In this document: positions 1-8,800 of the stretch, one piece after another
How the letters are laid out: each line of letters opens with the position of its first letter
How positions within the stretch are numbered: the first letter of the stretch is position 1
Sequence record: SRR20825019_3094
Strand: one strand, 5' to 3'
Length of the DNA: 20,000 nt
Made by a program: the position numbers and the translations under genes
Notes under the pieces: generated by a model
Told to the model about the DNA's origin: nothing
What the model saw: only the letters and a program-made list of their open reading frames with translations
Database searches by the model: none

Positions 1-189
1 TCGCTCAGAACAGGCATTCTGTTCATCCCGGGCTGGGGATGGGTTGACTTCCCACTAACTGAAAGTGTGATAAAACCCGAGTCCATATCAACTCCTACTG
101 CACCATGCCAGAGTAGTCCTGGTCATCTTGTAGTTGCAACCATCTCTTTTAAATATCGCGATCATTGGCGTGCGTCAGTATTGCATCCA

Positions 190-1117
190 GTAGCGCCGGC
201 ACAGTTGGCATCCTCGGCCGGCGAAGCTCTGCTGAGCGCGGGTCGGAATCCGGGTCCAGCAAGCACACAGCAACGGCTTATCCACCAAGCTGAAAGAGTA
301 GAGGTGCTGGTCGGCTCCTCAGGGTTGAGTGGGCCTCGAGGTCCCACTCTCGCCTCACTGAGTCTCGGTCTGCGCGCAGGCGCGGCCAGGGCGCGGCGGT
401 GCTAATCCCGTGGCTTGGTGGCCGGGCCCCCCGGGTGGCGGCCCCAACGCCAGGGCGGACTGGGGACCGGGACAGTCCATCCGGCCGCGCACCACGACCG
501 CAAGCGCGACTCATCATCACTCACCAGGACTGGAGACAGGTTTGAATTCCCTGAAGGCACATACATAATGTACAAATGTCAACCGAAGATGTCTTTTGGC
601 GAGTGTGTATGAGAAACCATGCGGATCCTTACGGTTGTTCGTGGAAGCAGCGCATCGCGTCCGATACGACTCACGGCGTGCTCCGACCCCGGCGAGCAGG
701 GAGAAGCATTGTTGGGAGTGGTGACGACGTCTCTTGGGGGCGCCATCATGATGACCGTGCGCCGCCCCCCTCCCCTCTATCCGGCACCCCGTCGTCCCAT
801 CTCCGGGGGCCGTCAGTGGTCTCGTCACACTCAGTCTGACCAACAGGGGGGCGCGACGCGGACCGGGGGCCCGAAGTGTGGCCCGGTCGTGGGCAAGCGC
901 AGTCATGGCGGACGTCGCTTGCGTGTTGAGTGCCCTCTCGGGCTGGGTTGTTGGGTTGCCATGTTGGGTGGGGCCTGCAGGAATGCGGGCGGCGGTCGGG
1001 CCTGCCAGCCATGGGTGCCTGCGCGCTCCAGCCTGTGATCGCTGCTCTGTGATCGCTACCCCAAGCTAACTTACAAGTATTAGGACAAATACAACGAGAA
1101 AGTTTCGTACACATACA
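190..1117. promoter_or_regulatory. GC/CpG-rich upstream region of iPGM (probably a second divergent promoter)
   Basis: There is no credible ORF here. GC-rich blocks (~190-540 and ~620-1060) flank a more AT-rich core (~541-620), the same layout as 4911-5821. Confidence 0.45.
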
Positions 1118-2947
1118 ATGGCCGGAGAAAAGAAAGCTTGTTTGATTTGCATCGATGGATGGGGTCTTTCTGATAAGGCTCACGGAAACTCGATTATGGC
1201 TGCGAAAACACCCGTGATGGACTCTTTTAAGAAAGATCATCAGTTTGCGCGTGTTGACGCGAGTGGCCTGTCTGTTGGCCTTCCGGAGGGAGGTGTGTAT
1301 CAAATTTGTGGTTACACATTGAACTTGCCTGTAGCTGACTTCTATATTTTTGCAGTTATGGGCAACAGTGAGGTGGGTCACTTGACCATTGGTGCTGGTC
1401 AGTGCGAATACCAAGATTTGGTCCGTATAAATCTTGCTCTTGAGGATGGCAGCTTTTTCAAGAATGAAGTCCTTCTCAACGCGTTCAAACGTGCAAAGGA
1501 AGGCAACGGCCGCTTCCACCTTCTTGGTCTCCTTTCTGACGGCGGTGTCCACAGGTATAACACTTCTATGTACCAGTAAATGATTGTGTACTGAGCATTT
1601 TGTAGTCACCAGAAGCACCTTTATGCCTTGTTGAAGGCAGCCAAGGAGAATGGTGTGCCGCAGGCTTATGTGCAGGCCTTCATGGATGGCCGAGATACTC
1701 CTCCCACAAGCGGTGCCGGATACATGCAGCAGCTCCTTGACGTGATCTCCGAGCTTGGCTATGGTAAGGTGGGCACGATTGGTGGGCGCTACTATGCCAT
1801 GGACCGCGACAAGAGATGGGATCGGGTAAAACTTGGATATGAGGGCATTGTTGCGGGAATCGGTGAGGAGAACTCCGACCCTATTGCAGCGATTAAGGCC
1901 CGATATGAAGCTGGAGAGAATGATGAATTCCTGAAGCCCATCATTGTCGACAAGGAGGGATGCGTCAAGGATGGAGACACCTGCCTTTTCTTTGACTTCC
2001 GCGCCGATCGCATGCGTGAGGTATGCATGCAGATTGCTGATTTCTTCATGTCTTACTATGTTTCAGATTGTCGAAACTATGGGCATTAAGCCTCCTTTCA
2101 AAACTGATCATATCCGCAAGGATGTAAAGGTGGTCTGCTACACCCAGTACAAATCCGAGTTCCCTCTGGATGTCGTGTTCCCTCCCCAGCAGTTGAAGAA
2201 TGGCCTTGCGGAATGGATTTCGAAGAAGGTAATTTGCAAGTGTTGCAATTCATGAATTTATATTGATGCACTTGTAGGGTCTGAAGCAATTTCATACAGC
2301 GGAAACTGAAAAGTATGCCCACGTCACGTTCTTCTTCAATGGGGGGCGTGAGGATGCCTTTGAAAACGAGGACCGTGAAATGGTACCTTCGCCCCAGGTG
2401 GCAACTTATGATCTTAAGCCCGAGATGAACGCTGCTGGAGTCGCAGAATCAGTATGTAGGGCTATGGACAAGCAAGAATACGCACTGGTGATGTGCAATT
2501 TTGCTCCCCCGGATATGGTTGGCCATACTGGATCCTACGAACAGTGCATTGTTGCTTGTGAGGCTACTGACAAAGCAATTGGTGAGATCTTTGAGGGTTG
2601 CAAGAAGAATGGGTACCAGGTATGCAATGATTTACTCCACTTTTGCGTAGATCTAACTGAGGTGTGATGCAGCTGTTCATAACATCTGATCATGGAAATG
2701 CTGAGGCTATGATCGATGACAACAACAACCCCATCACAAAGCATTCTACCAATTTTGTTCCTTTCATTATGGCCAATTCTGAGCACAAATTTAATCGCGG
2801 TGAAGGTACGCTGTACGCATGGACATAATTGAATGTGGCTAATCTTGATTTGGTTGCGTAGGCACTGTTCGCGATGTTGCGCCAACCATTTTGGCCACTA
2901 TGGGTATTGAGCCTCCCTCCGAAATGACCGGCCAATCATTTGTATAA
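1118..2947 (+). CDS. gpmI: 2,3-bisphosphoglycerate-independent phosphoglycerate mutase (iPGM), 7 exons, ~503 aa
   Basis: Exons 1118-1292, 1356-1554, 1606-2020, 2067-2228, 2278-2619, 2673-2805, 2862-2947 (1512 nt, in frame, TAA at 2945-2947). Splicing restores the iPGM motifs IDGWG, GLPEGVMGNSEVGH (catalytic Ser), SDGGVHSH, DGRDT, GRYYAMDRDKRWDR, DFRADR, AETEKYAHVTFFFNGG, NFAPPDMVGHTG, TSDHGNAE and DVAPTIL...EMTG. Confidence 0.97.
1293..2861 (+). other. Six spliceosomal GT-AG introns of the iPGM gene: 1293-1355 (63 nt), 1555-1605 (51), 2021-2066 (46), 2229-2277 (49), 2620-2672 (53), 2806-2861 (56)
   Basis: Donors GTGTGT, GTATAA, GTATGC, GTAATT, GTATGC, GTACGC; acceptors YAG; branch-like GCTGAC, ACTGAG, CTAAC, GCTAAT. 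Each removal rejoins a conserved iPGM motif in frame. Confidence 0.93.
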
Positions 2948-2962
2948 AACCTTGGCCTGATT

Positions 2963-4910
2963 TCACAATAGCGCTGCTCGCGAAATACAAACCATATGTA
3001 CATTCCTTTCGTCTCTTAGACTTGCATGTATGGAAGGAGCGACACGTTGCCATTGTAGCTTTGTGCTGTATCGTTCCGAGTTCAACAGCTCGAAGAACTT
3101 ACGTTCATGACCACGTATCTTGAATGTTAGGATGGCTACGCACTTGGAGCCGCCATTTCCGACAATCAAGTCTTGAAGAGTCTGAAGGAGAGCGGGGTAA
3201 ACCTCTGGAGCGTATAAGAGGTCGGCTCCTAAGACCACATCCGCCCTCACGCCCTGAGAAGATGAGCATCCCCACTCAAGTGCCTGTGTTGAAACCTGCC
3301 CGCACAGGCCGTTCTTGACAATGTTTTGTCTTGCCAAATCAAGTATTGTTGGGCCATCTGGCAGTTCCAGCTCCAAATCTGTAAGCAGCACGCTCGAAGC
3401 ACCATGTAGCGATGCCGAGAGGCCCGCTAACCCTGGACCACAGCCAAGTTCCAGAACCCTCTTTTGACTTATGGCAATGTCCCCAAGCGAATCGATTCCA
3501 GTCCTGATGGATCCACTCTCCATTGTTTCAGTCAAAACTTCTGCTGCCTCCCATATAACCGCCCCAACATTCACCGGTTCAAATTCTACGCCTTGTTTCA
3601 GACACAAATATCTGGTTCCTACCCTGAATACTCTTTCTCGCCACATCCTGGTCTCCTTCGCCGGATATCCGCGGATTTTCAGATCTCTTTCATTTCCGTA
3701 CATGCCACTTTGAACTATCTCACGGGCAACGTTCAACCATTCAAGATCATCCTCCGCCAACTTCCAATACTTTGCTTCAGTAGAGAAGGCGCATTCATGC
3801 CTTCAGTCAATGTTAGCTACGGAAATAGAGGCCGATGCCGCAAATATGAATACCTGTGTATAAAATGTCTGCAAATCATGTGCAAAGCAGGGACCTTAGT
3901 TGTAATAGAAGTCCTGTCGATGTAGTCATGGACGGGTTGACTCCAATGTTCAAGTACTGGAGGTGCACTGGCCAAGCTACGAAGTATTGACACGTCACGA
4001 CCATACATTAGATGCAACTCTGCCAAAGACATTCTATTGACACCTTGCTCAGCCATCTTCATATTCATTTTGTGGGGAATGTACATACATGGCAATTACA
4101 TCAGGAAATCCACGAGCTTCCCGGTCCATCGAGAAGGAAAGGCCTTCAGAAACTAGGCGAAGGTGCCCCGGTGCTTTAGAGGCTCGGCTCCACGCAAGTA
4201 CACTGTGCACGAAGTATTCATGTGCAGTTGTACCGGATGCCGGTAAGCATGAAGTTGAATATCTAGCCATGCCCTGGAGCACCTTCCACATCGAAACATT
4301 GGAGAAAACAGTGTCTCCTACCCAACACTTGGAAATGTACTCTCCCCATGAAGTCGTCCATTCCCTCATGATGCATTGCTCCTCGGCGCAAAGTGCAGGT
4401 ACCGCGCCATCATTTTCCTCAAAGAACCCATTATCAGCCGCCATACATGGCAAGCTACCCTCGTCGTCCATCTGCTCAAGACACCCATACGAAAAGCACT
4501 GAAGGCTTTGCCGGTTGTCACAACTCGACAAATCAGAACCTATACGAGCACAGTGGATTTCCACAAGCTGCCTTGTCAGTTTCAAAAGGAGTTCTTTCCT
4601 ATGTCCTCGAGTTTCAGGCGAGCCCAGGAATTTTTCTCTGCACTGAGCACACCCAAGCATGGTTCGATTCAAAACCTGTTTCAACACTTTCTCCGCTTGG
4701 AAACCATCAGGAGGCCCTGACGGCAAGCCACCATTGACTTCCCGTGGTCGCTTTCCACACAGCCTGTCTTTAACAATATGTTACACTCTCAGGAGTTCTA
4801 AGCAGAATATCAACAAGGCTACCTTGCAAACTCTTGGGCAAGGAAATTACCAGGATGTCATCATCTTGCCGCCTTTGAGTTGTCCTCGCAAGCGAAGTGC
4901 ATGAGTCCAT
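2963..4910 (-). CDS. Class I SAM-dependent protein (lysine) methyltransferase, METTL21/EEF2KMT-like (Methyltransf_16), with long uncharacterised N-terminal region; 4 exons, ~594 aa
   Basis: The C-terminal exon has VGAVIWEAAEVL, motif I VLELGCGPGLAGL, post-I VLLTDL, QALEWG and motif II DVVLGADLLY (DxxY type). The track ORFs 4049-4726, 3817-4095 and 2963-3760 join in frame through introns 4088-4034 (55 nt, GTATGT...GCTGAG...TAG) and 3853-3801 (53 nt, GTATTC...GCTAAC...AAG). The first exon 4910-4823 and intron 4822-4768 (55 nt, GTAGCC...GTAAC...AAG) are less certain. Confidence 0.8.
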
Positions 4911-5821
4911 ACTGACCTTTCTTCAATAGTAGAACTTAGTTAAACTTGTCCGTTGTTGCTTGAAGAACTCTGAAGCAGGCCGCCAATGCTCCGCATTCGG
5001 CTCACTGACGAGCCGGTAGCGCCTCGAGGCGGAGTCGACGGCGGGCACACTGGCATTCTGAACGGCCGCGACCCGCTGCGCTGCCAGGCAAAGCGGCCTG
5101 AGCCGAGTGCCGCAGGGCTGGAGTTAGCTTGACGAGCGGCCGGGCCCGGCCGGCGGCCCGCCGGGTCGCCCGTGGTTTGGTCCAGGGTGTCAATGGTCCA
5201 TACATGATAGTTGATCACCTTTCACATCCTCACATTCGGCCAGCCGTCACAGTCAGATAACGGTGAATCAAAACTCCGACTAAACTCCAAATATATACGG
5301 GAATACTATTCAAGATATTGCGGTTTATATTGGGGTTTCGATGCGATCGATGGCTGACGTCCCGACAGTACGACTGCCTTCTCGATTCGAGCCCGCCCGG
5401 TCGCCGTGACCTGACCCCGCGACTCCTCGATCCGGAGGGCCGGTGGTGGCCCCGATCGGCGTGCGGGTGCCCCCCCGCTCGCCCGCTGCCGCTGCCCGCC
5501 GGGCCCTGCGTGTGTGAAGTCGACCAATGATCACGCCAAAAACCCCCTCGGAGTCATTCCAGGGCCAAACCAATTGGTCTGACTCCGTGGGGCCGCACAC
5601 AAGCCACCTTCGAATACGGGTTGCGACGGGAGACCGCGGGGCTCCCCAACCTGACAGGTGAGCCCCGAACGGGCCGAGCGCCTCGCACATTCGCTCTGGT
5701 CAACCCTATCCAATATCCCAAGCCTGGCACTACACCCGCTACATGTTTTTCCGCATAGCTTGAAATATGGCAAGAACCACTATTTGCTTTCTTTGGTGGT
5801 ACAAGGCTGAGCAGGGCTGCC
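4911..5821. promoter_or_regulatory. Divergent promoter region between the methyltransferase and multi-bromodomain genes
   Basis: The genes are head to head. GC/CpG-rich blocks (~4975-5190 and ~5340-5700) flank an AT-rich core (~5265-5340) that carries TATATA (+, 5292-5297) and TATAAA (-, 5329-5324). Confidence 0.6.
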
Positions 5822-8800
5822 ATGGATGGCCCATTTGCCTGGCTAAGGTTGGGTCTACCAAGTCGTGCTCAATATGCTCCTCAGCTGTTCGACGAGGTGT
5901 ATTATCTGAAGCATGCTCATCTTCAGCAAATTAACCGATTCAATGACAACCCCAAAGATGCCCACGAAGAGGATGTGGTTGAGTGCATTGTTGTTGACAT
6001 CAAGTATGTAAAGGAAGGGGACGACAGTCATGTCCATTGCAAAGTTCGACTCTTGCCTGTGAGGGGTGGATCCACTTTCGCGGTGCGATATCACGACAGT
6101 GACACCGAATTCCTTGTTTTGAAGAAGGCTTATGAACGAGCTTTGTCTATGGATTTGGCTGTGGGAGTTCCCGTTCAGATGTTTTGGGCTGATGCAGAAG
6201 AGGGGAAGGGCAACTTTTACCTTGGTAAACTGACCGAAGTTAAAGAGAACTGGAAGGTGGAAATGTGTAATGCGGTGAAAGTACTATGGGACGGTCCGGA
6301 CGGAGAGGAAACTGAGGCAAGCCCATGGGAGCTTTTCCCTCCGGGTGAATCCCTCTCCCCACTGGATCCCAGCGATGATCCGGCAGTTTTGGCGGCATGT
6401 GATAAAGTGGCTAGGTGGATTAGCAAGGACTTGAAGCAGAAAGCGAAGAAGTTTGAGATCTTCATCCAGGATCCAGCAGCACAGTTAGCAGGCTTTGTAG
6501 ACGTTGTTCCAAGACCAATGTATTTGGACTTAGTCTATCGAAGGTGCAAGTCAATCTTTTATCGTCACCCTGAAGCTCTTCGGCGAGATTTGGAAAGTAT
6601 TGCGAAGGGAAGTGCAGAATTCAACAAGAGATCAGGACAACCAGAGTTTGTGAAGATTGCCGATCAGTTTGGTGCAGCGGTGTCCACACTAATGAACTCA
6701 GTCTCGGATCAACTTTTTGACGAGACTAGAGCTCTTGCAACTGAGGCCCCCACTCTTGTTGACAAGTTGGGACTCGCTGAGGGAGGGAGCCTTTTCATGC
6801 AGCCTGTCAACTTAGAAGAGCATCCGAACTACACTGAGGTTATTGAAAATCCAATGGACTTGGCCACTGTCAGCGCACTGTTGATGCGAAAAAAGTATCG
6901 GACATTAGATTCTCTCTACAGTGACCTGCGCTTGATATATAACAATGCTCTCACTTACAATGCAGTTGGTACCGGAGTCTATAGATATGCCGAGAAAGGC
7001 CTTGCGAAGCTGGAGCGTGACATTGCGAAGCTGGACGCCAAGGTAATTGGTCGTGGGGCATCCCTCCGGACTCCAAGGGCTCCGCGACCTTCCTTAGTTA
7101 TGAAGTTGAAGCCGCCTTCATCCGAACGAGAAAGTACTGATGATACTGCCGAAGCACCTGAGAGTTCGAAAGGAAAGCCTGGACGACCACCAAAGCCTCG
7201 AGATGAGGAGTCCCCTGCACCAAAGAAGCCAGGCAGGCCGCCGAAGACACCGATAACTCCTAACAGTGACAATGAATCTGCGGTGTCATCGAAAAAAGGG
7301 AAAACATTGCTTAAAATCAGAGCGACTAGCCGAGCAAACGTCGTGCCGGCAGGGTCAGAGTCACAAGTTAACATTCAAATATACCGCAAAATCTTGGACC
7401 AACTGAACATTACCGATGATAAGAAGTGGTTTGCATCACCTGTTGACGTGATTGGATTGAAGCTTAAGGACTACTATGATATTATCAAGGTTCCCATGGA
7501 TCTTGGCACGGTGAAGGTATGTCTTATTGCAAGAGTATTGGTAACGACCCGCCGCTAATGTGAAGCAACCAGGACCGGTTGGAGAAGGGTGTCTATAAAT
7601 CCAACGAAGCCGTTGATTCGGATATCCGTCTGACCTTTGGGAATGCCATGAAGTATAATTCATCGCAGAATGCAGTCCACATCAAAGCAAAGGAGCTGCT
7701 AGAATCATTTGAGTTAATGAGGTCGAAACTGGTCGGTTCTGGCGTCAAGGCCGAAGAGGAACCTATGGCGGAACCAACCACTCCGGCTAGTGCAAGGCGT
7801 AGTTCTATTTCGGTTTCTGCGTCGAGCAGGGAGGACAGTTGGTATGAGCACTGCAGGAATATTCTTAATACCTTGTCGAGACACCCGCGGTCAAAGAATT
7901 TCAAAGTGCCTGTGACGGACGAGATTGCTCCCAACTACTCACAAACAATCAAAGAGCCCATGGACCTCGGCACGCTGAGAGAAATGTTAGAAAGCAGAAA
8001 CATAGGTTCAAAGGAAGAGTTTCATCGGCTGGCCACTCTCATCTTCACAAACTGCATCGCATATAATGGAAGGCATGCACCAATCGCTGATGATGCCAAC
8101 CGTCTCTTTGAGATTTTCAACAAGAATTACCGCGCTAAGTTTGGCGCTGGTGATCAGAGCGATGCTGGAAGTGCTTCTAATGTAACACAGGAGACACGTG
8201 GAACTGGCTTTGTGGCTCAAGGGAGTTCTTCTGGACCTAGGGAGACTCCGCCTAAAGCTAAAGACTGGAGAGCAGTGTGTCACACAATTATTGAAGAGAT
8301 GATGCGAGACAGAAACATGGAAATGTTCTGGAAGACTGACCCGGAACGTGATGGGCTTGTCAACTATCGAGAGGTCGTTACTAGGCCGATGGACTTGGAG
8401 ACAGTCCAGAAGCATCTGAAAAAGAAAATCAAGTCAATGGATGAGTTTGTGGAGAAGGTCCTTCTTATATTTGAAAATGCTTTCACCTATCACGGCACAG
8501 CGTCGCAGATCGGCCGTTTGGCCAATGAATGTTTGCTTGTGTTCTATCGTCTAGCGGATGAAATGTCTGTGTCGCATCGCAAGGTGAACGTCTCCGGTTT
8601 TCCTAAGACTCAAGCTTCTATGGCTGCCTCATCTACCCAGGGGCCTTCTCCGGATGTGCGCGGACAGGATTGGCGCAAGGTAGCACTGAAGATTATTGAC
8701 CGCCTCTTTCGTGATGAGGAGTGCAGGGCCACTTTCTCGGCCCCGGTTGACGCTGAAGCTTTGGGTATTCCTCATTATCGGACCATGATCCAGAGACCTA

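Noticed and set aside
1-90. Possible start of a minus-strand gene (MDSGFITLSVSGK...) running off the left edge
   Set aside because: It has under 30 codons and no motif, so it cannot be supported from this window alone.
380-710. Weak resemblance to SRP RNA/Alu 5' end (ggccagggcgcggcgg...taatccc) and helix-8 words (ggaagcagc, gagcagg)
   Set aside because: The required helix-8 pairing and GNRA tetraloop could not be built. An Infernal/Rfam scan would settle it.
67-1069. Multiple 60-140 aa ORFs on both strands upstream of iPGM
   Set aside because: They are Arg/Pro/Gly/Ala-rich translations expected from GC-rich non-coding DNA, overlap each other and show no recognisable motif.
746-1618. 290-aa minus-strand ORF
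   Set aside because: It is an antisense shadow of iPGM exons 1-2 plus GC-rich upstream DNA, with no domain signature.
5375-5410. tRNA T-loop-like TTCGAGCCC (also GGTCGGAATCC at ~241)
   Set aside because: The flanks do not form a T-stem or cloverleaf.
4940-5823. Short ORFs in the divergent intergenic region, considered as possible WD40 exons of the BRWD-like gene
   Set aside because: No WD-repeat pattern is visible, the composition is GC-driven, and there is too little room for a propeller.
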